From the NCBI GenBank assembly GCA_002746305.1, contig NVWV01000005.1:205126-269125 (forward strand): DNA of 64,000 bases. The letters are read 5' to 3'. The stretch is from Bacteroidota bacterium (GTDB taxonomy: Bacteria > Bacteroidota > Bacteroidia > NS11-12g > UBA9320). The notes under the pieces were generated by a model, which was given only the letters and a program-made list of their open reading frames with translations, ran no database searches and was not told the DNA's origin. The translations under genes were made by a program, and so were the position numbers. Shown piece by piece: positions 47,996-56,855 of the stretch. Position 1 is the stretch's first letter; the number at the start of each line of letters is the position of its first letter.

Positions 47996-49732
47996 TTAGA
48001 AATAATTAATCACTCCAAAGTGAAATTTTGCGGTATTTAGTTGTATTGGATTTCCTTGCTGACTTCCTAAGGCGTAGGCGAGGTTGAGAATCCCATTACC
48101 TATTTGAATATTGGCTACTGCACCAAAACCGTAAGGTATATCATAGATGAGTACGGTGCTTTGCAATGTGTTTTCAATTGCAGCAGCGTTTACAAACAGG
48201 CCAACATTACTATTTTCACCTAACAGATATCTATATTCTAGGGTGTAACTAAGAGCCTTACTTGCAAATATTTCATTTTCATCAAAGCCTCTAAGAGTTG
48301 AAAATCCACCAAAATTATAAAGCTCATTAAAAAATATTTGATTGGCAAATAGTGCTTTGAAATTGAACCTTTGATAAATGGTACTTCTCTTTTTTATAGG
48401 AATATAGAGTGATGTACTCACTGAGAAATCAAGCCGTAAACTTTTTGTATTCAAGGTGTCATATAGTGATATGAGCGTATTGTTGGTACTGTTAACAAAC
48501 TTTACGTTAGCAATCTCAGTATTTCTAAGGATTGTTTTTTGTCCTACCGCAAGATCTGCAAGAATAGAATAGCCTTTGCGGGGGTTGGGTAAATAGTCAA
48601 TATCTCTTTGGAAAATTGCCAAACCATAATTGTCAATTTTATAAGGGTTGTTATCTGGAATTCGTTTCTGAATTCTTACGGCATTAGTATCTGCAGTTAT
48701 TAAATTGCTATTTATATTTTGATAGTAGAACTGGTAATAATTATTCCCTTTTTGTTGGTATCTGAAAGAGATTTTGCTTTTTAGATTTACGAAAATACTA
48801 TCGTACTTATTGAGATTAAATTCTCCATTAATTCCTAGTTTAGTTTTAAATAAATAGGGGTATGTAAAGCCTAAATCTAACTTTTGTGAATTTTGAAGAT
48901 AGTTCCTCCAATGCATTTCAAGTTGTTTTCCACTTTTAAAAAGATTGTTTAGTTCTACATTGACTTCTCCCGTAATCAGCAGGCTATTTTCTTTACTGTT
49001 AGAACTGTTTGGTGCCAATCCAACTATTCCATCCACCCGGTCAGTGACTACATCATCCATATTGAGGATTATCTGAACTTTACCTTGAAAAAACACTATT
49101 TGAGAGTTCCCTTTCAGTTTTATCAACGGTAGATTCCGTAGTTTTTTATCAATGGTTTTTGCAACCCGTTCATTGTAAGGTTTACCTTTTTCTATGCCAA
49201 GATACTTGGTAATATATGCTTTGGATATTTTACTACTTCCAATATAGACTATAGTGTCATAAACAAACTTTACGTAAGGGTAAAACTTCAGGTTACTACT
49301 TAAAGTATCTTGAATAACTTGAGGATGAGTCAGTACAATATTTGCAAATGGATAACCAGCCCGTTCATACGAAGAAAGAACACTATTTTGAAGTCTGTCA
49401 AAGGCTTCTAATGAGAGAGTCGCATTTTTTTCAAGGAGGTACCCTTCAGTTAGATTGTGGTTTCTTATGTGGATGTGAGTGTATTTATCTCCTTTGCTTA
49501 AAAAGACAATGGTAGTGTCATTTTTATAAAAATTACTGTCTATCGAAGCAGCAAAAAAACCTTCGGATCTTAATTGTAAAATTTTTTCATTAATTGAAAG
49601 CTGAGCACTTAGACTATCAGCCATAGCCAGATGCCTAATACCGACATCTGAATGTATACTAAGTGTGTAGTTTTGTGCATTTGTAAACACACAAATAAGC
49701 ATTAAGCTCCAAATTGAAATAACTTTGTACAC
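47996..49732 (-). CDS. Outer-membrane beta-barrel protein of the POTRA-containing BamA/TpsB (ShlB/FhaC-like) superfamily
   Basis: Signal peptide. POTRA-like segments (SKISKAYITKYLGIEKGKPYNERVAKTIDKKLRNLP…). A long beta-strand-rich C-terminal half ends in …HFGVINYF. Confidence 0.4.
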   Translation of the reverse strand: MYKVISIWSLMLICVFTNAQNYTLSIHSDVGIRHLAMADSLSAQLSINEKILQLRSEGFFAASIDSNFYKNDTTIVFLSKGDKYTHIHIRNHNLTEGYLLEKNATLSLEAFDRLQNSVLSSYERAGYPFANIVLTHPQVIQDTLSSNLKFYPYVKFVYDTIVYIGSSKISKAYITKYLGIEKGKPYNERVAKTIDKKLRNLPLIKLKGNSQIVFFQGKVQIILNMDDVVTDRVDGIVGLAPNSSNSKENSLLITGEVNVELNNLFKSGKQLEMHWRNYLQNSQKLDLGFTYPYLFKTKLGINGEFNLNKYDSIFVNLKSKISFRYQQKGNNYYQFYYQNINSNLITADTNAVRIQKRIPDNNPYKIDNYGLAIFQRDIDYLPNPRKGYSILADLAVGQKTILRNTEIANVKFVNSTNNTLISLYDTLNTKSLRLDFSVSTSLYIPIKKRSTIYQRFNFKALFANQIFFNELYNFGGFSTLRGFDENEIFASKALSYTLEYRYLLGENSNVGLFVNAAAIENTLQSTVLIYDIPYGFGAVANIQIGNGILNLAYALGSQQGNPIQLNTAKFHFGVINYF

Positions 49733-49777
49733 GTCTACTCACAAAGGTAAACGATTAACAAGTAGCAGTATTATATC

Positions 49778-50908
49778 TTGGCAGGAATCTATATTCATAT
49801 CCCCTTTTGTAAGAAGGCTTGTTTTTACTGTGATTTTCATTTTTCAGTGTCTTTCAAACAAAAAGACAAAATTGTAAAAGCAATAAAGCAGGAGATTCTT
49901 TTACGCAAGGATTTCATAAATGAGGGTGAAATTATTGAAAGCATTTATTTTGGAGGAGGTACACCAAGTGTTCTTTCCGAAAGTGAATTGCAGGGGATTA
50001 TTAAGGTAGTTTACAAGACTTTTTCTGTTTCGAGTAATGCTGAGGTTACATTGGAGTGCAATCCAGATGACTTGAGTTTACAGTACCTTTATGACTTAAA
50101 GAAAAGTGGTATTAACAGATTGAGTATTGGGGTACAAAGTTTCAATGATGAACATCTTACTTGGATGAATAGAAGTCACTCAAAGGATCAATCTTTCTCT
50201 GCAATAGAGAATGCTGCTAAGGTAGGCTTCTCTGATATTACTATAGACCTGATCTATGGACTGCCACAATTATCTATACAGGAATGGACCCAAACTGTTA
50301 TTAGAGCTCTTGAATTGCCGATAAACCACCTTTCTGCTTATAGCCTTACTCTTGAAGAAAACACACCTTATACAAAGCTTGTATCTCAAAAAAAATACAA
50401 GAAACCAGATGATGATTTAGCCTCACAGCACTTTAAGATTTTAGTTGATAGAATCAATGAGAAGGGCTGGAATCATTATGAAGTGTCCAGCTTCTGTAAG
50501 GATAAAAATTACTCTAGACACAATACTTCCTATTGGCAGAATAAAAAGTATCTTGGAATCGGACCATCGGCTCATGGTTTTGATGGTGACAATCGATTTT
50601 GGAATGTAAGCAGTAATGCAAAGTATCTGGATTTGATAGATACAGGAAATGTTACTTATGAGATGGAAAATTTATCTCAAAGGGATAAGTTAAATGAAAC
50701 TATTCTAACAGGTCTTCGAACTAAATGGGGTATAAATTTGGCCTCGATTAGTTCATTGTATGGCTACGATATTGAAGCTCTTTTTTCTAATGAGTTAGAG
50801 CAATGGATGAATAAAAACTGGATAGTGAAGGACAAGGATAACTTAAGATTGAACTCAGAAGGTTTTCTGTTCGCAGATTTTATTGCAAGTGAACTGTTTC
50901 TACTTTAG
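49778..50908 (+). CDS. hemW: Radical SAM heme chaperone HemW (oxygen-independent coproporphyrinogen-III oxidase-like)
   Basis: YIHIPFCKKACFYCDFHFS gives the Cx3Cx2C radical-SAM motif at the N-terminus. GGGTPS is present. Length is 376 aa. The C-terminal HemN_C-like region is …YEVSSFCKDKNYSRHNTSYW. Confidence 0.7.
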   Translation: MAGIYIHIPFCKKACFYCDFHFSVSFKQKDKIVKAIKQEILLRKDFINEGEIIESIYFGGGTPSVLSESELQGIIKVVYKTFSVSSNAEVTLECNPDDLSLQYLYDLKKSGINRLSIGVQSFNDEHLTWMNRSHSKDQSFSAIENAAKVGFSDITIDLIYGLPQLSIQEWTQTVIRALELPINHLSAYSLTLEENTPYTKLVSQKKYKKPDDDLASQHFKILVDRINEKGWNHYEVSSFCKDKNYSRHNTSYWQNKKYLGIGPSAHGFDGDNRFWNVSSNAKYLDLIDTGNVTYEMENLSQRDKLNETILTGLRTKWGINLASISSLYGYDIEALFSNELEQWMNKNWIVKDKDNLRLNSEGFLFADFIASELFLL

Positions 50909-50914
50909 TTAGAA

Positions 50915-53398
50915 CTATTCATCCCATACATTATCGTAATCTTTGGTCTCTGCCGTTTCTTCTTCCAAAGTTCCTTCCCCTTTTAGTGCCTGTATAAACT
51001 TCTTTTTTTCAGCTGTTATTTCCTTCTTCACGTTTTCTTTTACAGCAGCTCTATCATAACGAATTGTTAAGTCATCAGGAGTACCCTCCATAATAATATA
51101 GGCAGTGAGACCACCAGAGGAATTGTTTTCAATTCGTTTTTCTTTCTTTTTAGCAATCCAGTTGGCTTTTGTAGCAAGTAGTTCTGCAACACTTAGACTC
51201 ATGTTATACTTCATATAGTTATCAAAAGTATGAGTGCCGGATATCTGGAGGTTTAAAGCATTGTTTTCAATTCTCATTTTTGGGATAAAAATGGTCTCGT
51301 CAAAAATCTCAATTGTGTTTTTAAGGGTATTAAATTTTACATTTTTCAAGTCATCAATATGAGCAAATGATGAAAGTTCTTTTAGAGGTTCATAACCAAT
51401 CAATGCCCCATTATTGATCGTTATATTAGCTTTTGCATACAGCTTTGATAAAATAGGTTCAAAATTTTGATCAAGAATAACCTTGGCTAAAATGGAACCA
51501 GAGATTTCTCCACTGATATGTTTATCCGTTATTTCATTTTGCTCAAAGTTGTTGAACTGCTTAAACAGTTTGCTAATATTGACCTTTTTAATGTCGGTAT
51601 TAATATCGAGGAGGTAGTTTTCACCCCATTTTTTAACGTTTATCGAGGCAATGGTTTTTCCATCAAGTGCAGTAATTTCACATTTAGGCATACCTATTTG
51701 TGTTCTGTTAGAAATTAGATTTCCTGTGATTAATGATGCATTGAAATCGTTGTACTTGAAATTAGTTAGCTCGGTTTTTAGTTTTAGATTAATAGGTACA
51801 ATTTCATTGTTGGTTAAGACTTCCGAGTTTTCCTCTTTTACAGCCGAAGAGCTTTGCAGTTCATTAATGTCCAAGTTATCTACGTACAGTTCACCTGCCA
51901 ACGTAGCTGAGGAGTTTTCGTTGAAAATTGACTGATATTTTTCAATGTAACCTTTGATAGATCCCGTTGTGTTATTGTAGTGGAAATCGGCAGAATTAAC
52001 GACTATTCTGTCGTTGTCTGCACTGAGGTCCACATTCATCTTTTTTAGTGTTAATTTTGGTTCAATAACATCGCCACTAAGATTTTTAATTTTTATCGTA
52101 CCCGTGTATCTCAAAGAGTTTGGTTCCAGACTCTCCTTCTTGGTATTGTAAGTCAAGCTTAGTTTACCTGTAGTTTCAATTCTGCCTGTTTTTGCTTTAA
52201 ATCCTTCAACTTTGGCAAATGCGAAAATGAATGGTGCATCCAATGAGGCATTCCCGTTCCACGTTATTCTTGGTTTTACGAAATTGAGAACCGATATCTT
52301 TCCAGAAAGGCTATTGGATCCAGATTTTGCTTTGGCCAATTTACAATTAGCCTTGGCGGTGTTTAGATTAGAGATATCGGGAATATTTAGACTTCCAGAT
52401 GCATTTATACCTGATAACCTAATGTCTTGATTGCTGAAGCCCAACGAAGTGTTATTGAGATTAAAGTCAAAACCAAAGGAGGGATTATGATTTTTATCAA
52501 TTCGACCTTTAAAAAATCCATTTAAGACCACTTCTCCTTTTAAATCCAAATTTTCTAGAGATCTTGAAATACTAGTAGGAAGTATACTCAGCAAGGATTG
52601 TGTTGTTGTATTGTCATTTGCAAAGGTGATATCTACTTCAGGTGTTTCACCATATCCAACAAAACCTCTTGTTTTTAAGCTAACTTCCTCGATAATTAAG
52701 TCACTAGGTGATATTTCTACTTTTTCTTCATTCACTACAATGTGAGTATTGAGTTTAAGATTCTTATTGGCTACATAAACCTCCTGTCCTTTTTGGATTA
52801 AAGCCTCGTTCAAAGTTGTTTGGATGACTAAATCAGTCGATTCTCCAATATATTTGAGCTTTAGTATCGAGGATGGAGTATACGCCTTACTCTTAAATTT
52901 ACTAGGAGTGTGTTCATATCTTATATGGCAATCAATTAAGGAGAGGTTCTTAATTTCAAAACTAAGGTTGGAAGAAGTTGTATCGGAAGTTTTTTTAATA
53001 ATGTCGTAGTTAGTTCTGTTTTTCAAGTCAACTACATTGAGGGTGCCGTTTCGTAGTGTTACTCCGTCTATGACATATTCTCCTTTGTAAAGTTTTAAGA
53101 CATCAATGAATAGGTTTAATTCTTTTGCTTGAAGAAGCTTCTTGTTATAATGAACTGTGCTTTCGTTGATGCTGACATCTGAGAATTTGATCCCAAGATT
53201 TGGGAAGTCTTTTATGCCTGAAATACTAATTTCTCCAACCTCTACTTTTACCGCTAAGGTTTTGTTGATTTCTGATACAAGAATGGGTTTTATGTTCTTA
53301 TAAAAATAAAACACCGTTCCACTTGCTGCCAGTATTAGCAGAAATAGTATGAATGACGTTATTTTTAGAAATCTTTTCACCTTAAAGTAACTGAGCAA
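50915..53398 (-). CDS. AsmA-family inner-membrane-anchored envelope protein
   Basis: A single N-terminal TM is ITSFILFLLILAASGTVFYFY. A long beta-rich periplasmic region follows, with the AsmA-like start LAVKVEVGEISISG and a C-terminal AsmA_2-like segment. Length is 827 aa. Confidence 0.5.
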   Translation of the reverse strand: MLSYFKVKRFLKITSFILFLLILAASGTVFYFYKNIKPILVSEINKTLAVKVEVGEISISGIKDFPNLGIKFSDVSINESTVHYNKKLLQAKELNLFIDVLKLYKGEYVIDGVTLRNGTLNVVDLKNRTNYDIIKKTSDTTSSNLSFEIKNLSLIDCHIRYEHTPSKFKSKAYTPSSILKLKYIGESTDLVIQTTLNEALIQKGQEVYVANKNLKLNTHIVVNEEKVEISPSDLIIEEVSLKTRGFVGYGETPEVDITFANDNTTTQSLLSILPTSISRSLENLDLKGEVVLNGFFKGRIDKNHNPSFGFDFNLNNTSLGFSNQDIRLSGINASGSLNIPDISNLNTAKANCKLAKAKSGSNSLSGKISVLNFVKPRITWNGNASLDAPFIFAFAKVEGFKAKTGRIETTGKLSLTYNTKKESLEPNSLRYTGTIKIKNLSGDVIEPKLTLKKMNVDLSADNDRIVVNSADFHYNNTTGSIKGYIEKYQSIFNENSSATLAGELYVDNLDINELQSSSAVKEENSEVLTNNEIVPINLKLKTELTNFKYNDFNASLITGNLISNRTQIGMPKCEITALDGKTIASINVKKWGENYLLDINTDIKKVNISKLFKQFNNFEQNEITDKHISGEISGSILAKVILDQNFEPILSKLYAKANITINNGALIGYEPLKELSSFAHIDDLKNVKFNTLKNTIEIFDETIFIPKMRIENNALNLQISGTHTFDNYMKYNMSLSVAELLATKANWIAKKKEKRIENNSSGGLTAYIIMEGTPDDLTIRYDRAAVKENVKKEITAEKKKFIQALKGEGTLEEETAETKDYDNVWDE

Positions 53399-53519
53399 AT
53401 GAAGACATAAAGTGGGTTAGATAGAAGTACAACGAATCAACAATGCACATTTATGTGTCCAGTAAAAAAAATAATTTTGCTAATATGAAATGGCTCCTAT
53501 ATTTGCAGCCCTTTTGAAA

Positions 53520-53594
53520 GGGAGCTTAGCTCAGTTGGTTTAGAGCATCTGCCTTACAAGCAGAGGGTCGCTGGTTCGAATCCAGCAGTTCCCA
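53520..53594 (+). tRNA. tRNA-Val (anticodon TAC)
   Basis: Folded by hand. The acceptor stem is GGGAGCT/AGTTCCC (one G·U). The D-arm is GCTCAGTTGGTTTAGAGC. The anticodon stem TCTGC/GCAGA has loop CTTACAA (anticodon TAC). The T-arm is GCTGGTTCGAATCCAGC with the GTTCGAATC box. Discriminator A; CCA is not encoded. 75 nt. Confidence 0.85.
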
Positions 53595-53616
53595 CATTGA
53601 ATATCAATCATTTACA

Positions 53617-53646
53617 GAGTCTCGCTTCGGCGGGACTTTTTTTATT
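53617..53646 (+). terminator. Rho-independent terminator after tRNA-Val (GTCTCGC-TTCG-GCGGGAC followed by T7)
   Basis: Read directly: a 7-bp stem with a GNRA-like tetraloop, immediately followed by TTTTTTTATTT. Confidence 0.7.
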
Positions 53647-53907
53647 TGCACACGATTTGCATAAAATTCTGTAAGTAAGTAGTAAGTATTCTTCATAGCT
53701 TTGTTTTACTATTTTTAGTGCAAAATGATTTGTAAGTTGATATATCTGTAGGTAAGGCCAAAAAAAATAGAAGCGCTAAGGTCTGTAATTGCTGTTTTTA
53801 CTGCATTAAGGGTGATGTTATCCCCTTTTGGGGATAGATGGTATACTCTTTTGGGGATGTCTTTATAATTAAAAAAGATAGTCTTTTGCATCTTTTAGAT
53901 TCTCAAT

Positions 53908-54864
53908 TTGTTTATTAAAGAAAAAACTATCGATGATTTATTGCTGTCTCTCTATACCAGTATTGAATTACAACCTAAATCAACAATTACAACATCTCGA
54001 GGAGAGTGTATCGAGGAGCTTGGTGTTTATCTTAAGTTAACTAATCCATTGTCCAGGGTTAGTTGGTCAGTTTCACGAGGTAAAGCTTTCAGCGCTCTTG
54101 GAGAATTTCTTTGGTATGTTTCAGGGAGTGATAAATTGGACTTTATTGAGTACTATATACCGAAGTACATTGATGAATCTACAAATGGTGAATCAGTTCA
54201 TGGCGCATATGGTAAAAGAATTTATTGTCAAGAATATTGTCAAATAGAGCAAGTAATTTCTTTATTATCCCAGAAACCAAATACAAGAAGAGCAGTTATA
54301 CAGCTATTTAAGGTCGAAGATCTAAATGTAGAACTAAAAAATATCCCTTGTACTCTTAGCCTTCAGTTTTTCATACGACATTCAAAATTGGATATGCATG
54401 TTTTTATGAGGTCAAATGATGCCTACAAAGGACTTCCTCATGATATTTTTTCATTTACTCTATTGCAAGAATATATTGCTCGAAGGTTAAATGTTGAGTT
54501 AGGTACATACAATCATTTCGTTTCGAGTATGCATGTATACAAATCAGATATTTCTAAAGTTAAAAAATACATTAGTGATGGATATCAATCTAGCTCAAGT
54601 ACTATGACTAAAATGCCTTTTGAAAAGCCTAAAGAAAATTTAGATATATTACTTTTATATGAGAGTAAAATCAGAAAAAAGGGCATTGCTAGCGCTAAGG
54701 GTATTAATGATTATTGGGCCGACTTAATAACTCTGTTAAACATGTATCGATGTTTTAAGGATAAGGATTCTGTTGAATTTGAAAGGCAAATGTCTCTTCT
54801 TAATAATACAGGTTATAGGCAGTTAGCAAAAGAAAAATTTTCACAATTGGTGGGTAAAATATGA
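53908..54864 (+). CDS. Divergent thymidylate-synthase-fold enzyme (pyrimidine-nucleotide C5 hydroxymethylase/methylase-like; not a canonical ThyA) with ~90-aa C-terminal extension
   Basis: Motif alignment to ThyA is clear. NIPCTLSLQFFI corresponds to LPPCHxxxQFYV (catalytic Cys conserved). RSNDAYKGLPHDIFSFTLLQ corresponds to RSCDVFLGLPFNIASYALL. SSMHVYKSD corresponds to GDAHIYSNH, so the ThyA Asn177/His region is altered and an Asp appears as in dCMP hydroxymethylases. It is far more divergent than housekeeping ThyA, which is nearly invariant in these motifs. Confidence 0.6.
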   Translation: MFIKEKTIDDLLLSLYTSIELQPKSTITTSRGECIEELGVYLKLTNPLSRVSWSVSRGKAFSALGEFLWYVSGSDKLDFIEYYIPKYIDESTNGESVHGAYGKRIYCQEYCQIEQVISLLSQKPNTRRAVIQLFKVEDLNVELKNIPCTLSLQFFIRHSKLDMHVFMRSNDAYKGLPHDIFSFTLLQEYIARRLNVELGTYNHFVSSMHVYKSDISKVKKYISDGYQSSSSTMTKMPFEKPKENLDILLLYESKIRKKGIASAKGINDYWADLITLLNMYRCFKDKDSVEFERQMSLLNNTGYRQLAKEKFSQLVGKI

Positions 54865-55778
54865 CAAAGAAATATGTAGAAATGTATGCTGAGGTTGACA
54901 AAGCAATACAGAAATGTAGCTCTGAAAGGCAAATGCCAGGACTAAATGATGAGGTTCGGAAAACTTTGAATTTACAGTTTGTAGATAGTATAAAGAGAAT
55001 AAAAATAATTGAAGTAATAGATAAAAAGGGAGTTGATGATACTTGTTTAAAACTGAATAGTGACACATTTAACCCTATAAAAGCCATTGCGTGGTATAAA
55101 AGTATTGGAAATTATAATGAGGCTATATGGTTGATTTTTCTGGTTACGCATTTTGGTAAGAACATAAATACAAATTGGAATTTGTTAGTTGATACGTATT
55201 CAGGAGCACGTGTAGATTCTATTTGGAATTGGGAAAGCACATCGACGGAGTTGGGAGATTTTTTGGATTGGTTGAATCTAAATGAAGGTAACCTTAAGAA
55301 AGTCGGAAAATTTGGAAATCATCGTAAATATCAGAGTATTAGTGCAGTCTGTAAAAATGGTACTGGTGACGCTTTTACGAGTTATATTAATTGGATTGGA
55401 GAAGATCGAGACCAACTGGCTAAATTACTCGAAGTAACTAATTCAGCTGGAAATTCGTTTGAAAGATTTGATATGCTTTATTCTGCAATAAAAAGAAATG
55501 TAAATTCGTTCGGTAGAATGGCCACTTTCGACTTTTGCACCATGCTTGGAAAGTTTCGACTTTTAGATATTGAACCGGGACACACCTATCTTGCTGGGGC
55601 TACTGGTCCAGTTTCAGGTTTGAAAACATTGTTCGGAAATAAAACATTAAAGGAATTGGATGAAGATGTTATGGTTCTATACCGAAACCTTAATCAGTTT
55701 TACGGTATGCAAATAATAGAAGATGCTATTTGTAATTGGCAAAAATCAACAGCAAAGTATAGATATTTTGGAGGTTAA
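54861..55778 (+). CDS. Unknown 305-aa Trp/aromatic-rich protein, translationally coupled partner of the thymidylate-synthase-like gene (candidate nucleotide/base-processing enzyme)
   Basis: An ATGA start/stop overlap at 54861-54864 indicates co-translation. No motif I can place. It is rich in W/F/Y and has conserved-looking segments (FGNHRKYQS, SFGRMATFDFCTMLGKF). It has no P-loop, HEXXH or Rossmann Gly-rich loop. Confidence 0.45.
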   Translation: MTKKYVEMYAEVDKAIQKCSSERQMPGLNDEVRKTLNLQFVDSIKRIKIIEVIDKKGVDDTCLKLNSDTFNPIKAIAWYKSIGNYNEAIWLIFLVTHFGKNINTNWNLLVDTYSGARVDSIWNWESTSTELGDFLDWLNLNEGNLKKVGKFGNHRKYQSISAVCKNGTGDAFTSYINWIGEDRDQLAKLLEVTNSAGNSFERFDMLYSAIKRNVNSFGRMATFDFCTMLGKFRLLDIEPGHTYLAGATGPVSGLKTLFGNKTLKELDEDVMVLYRNLNQFYGMQIIEDAICNWQKSTAKYRYFGG

Positions 55779-55784
55779 TCGTGA

Positions 55785-56855
55785 TTAAGAATCCAAAGAG
55801 AAAAAACGTTTGTAGCTATTGAGGTAACCTGGCTTTATTATCCCAAAATATTGCATTTGACCTACAACAATTCCCGGAGATATTCCTAGTTTACTTGCAA
55901 ACGCAATGATTTTTCGTTTGTTACTATTTAGTGTTCTTAATTCTTTGTGAAACTCATTTGGAATCAATACTTCCTGCGCAAATAGGTTAGCCTCATCTTC
56001 TTGTTCATTTATCGATTGCTCGATCTTTCGCTCAATTATGAAGTTGTCTTTTTTATGAAGAAAAATATGGCCTGCTTCATGAAAAAAAGTGAACCAAAAT
56101 TGATCATCGGATTTATATCTAAAACTTAATAAGATCATTGCTTTATCTGGTTTTATAAATCTTGTAGCCCCACTTTCAGTACATCCTTTAGGTGTCGGAA
56201 CTACGGCGACAGCAACTCCACATTCAGAACATATTTTTTTTAGTTCAGATATAAAAACACTTGGATTTTTTTTACGAGTAAGCTTTTTAATTTCTTGTAA
56301 TGCTAATTCAAATAATTCTTTATTAAAGGGCTTACAACTTAGTGCCTCACATTCTTTTTCACCTTGCCTTAACCATGTTGAAAGTGAAAATTCATTTGTC
56401 TGATAGGCTTGAGACGTCCTAAATGATATATTGGAGGTGTTAAGCACATAATGTTTTGACCATTCATGGATATTCTTAACGTTAAAAAAGTCTAAACATT
56501 CTTGAAAGGGATTATTTGACTCCCTTATCCAATTGTGCTTAAACATGTCTTTTAAAGGTAACTTCTTTAACCATTCAATTTGAGTAAGCCTATCAATACC
56601 ACTAATCTTATTTCTGTAATTAGCTTCTCTTTCAAGCCAAAAATTGGTAGATCCTCCAAGATGAATGGCTAAATGTTTTGATACTTCATTGTCTATGGTT
56701 ACTTCACTTCTCAATAATCTGCTTGTAAACTCAAACGTCCAGCCAGTTTTATGTGACAAGATTTGTGTAGATATTGATTTAAGTCTCATTAAATCAATAA
56801 TTGTACTCCCTGGACTTGAAGTCCAGTTTGGCTTAAAATTAACTTGATCTTTCAT
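55785..56855 (-). CDS. Fusion protein: N-terminal HigA-like XRE-family HTH domain + C-terminal ImmA/IrrE-family (DUF955, COG2856-like) HEXXH zinc metallopeptidase
   Basis: The HTH segment LKSISTQILSHKTGWTFEFTSRLLRSEVTIDNEVSKHLAIHLGGSTNFWLERE ends in the HigA-characteristic …FWL. The C-terminal FFHEAGHIFLH is the HEXXH motif of ImmA/IrrE peptidases, with the downstream Glu-rich region NEQEDEANLFAQEVLIP typical of the family. Confidence 0.6.
   Translation of the reverse strand: MKDQVNFKPNWTSSPGSTIIDLMRLKSISTQILSHKTGWTFEFTSRLLRSEVTIDNEVSKHLAIHLGGSTNFWLEREANYRNKISGIDRLTQIEWLKKLPLKDMFKHNWIRESNNPFQECLDFFNVKNIHEWSKHYVLNTSNISFRTSQAYQTNEFSLSTWLRQGEKECEALSCKPFNKELFELALQEIKKLTRKKNPSVFISELKKICSECGVAVAVVPTPKGCTESGATRFIKPDKAMILLSFRYKSDDQFWFTFFHEAGHIFLHKKDNFIIERKIEQSINEQEDEANLFAQEVLIPNEFHKELRTLNSNKRKIIAFASKLGISPGIVVGQMQYFGIIKPGYLNSYKRFFSLDS

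Noticed and set aside
54800-55087. 95-aa and 75-aa minus-strand ORFs across the ThyA-like/partner gene junction
   Set aside because: They are antisense to two coupled genes and carry no motifs, so they are likely shadow ORFs.
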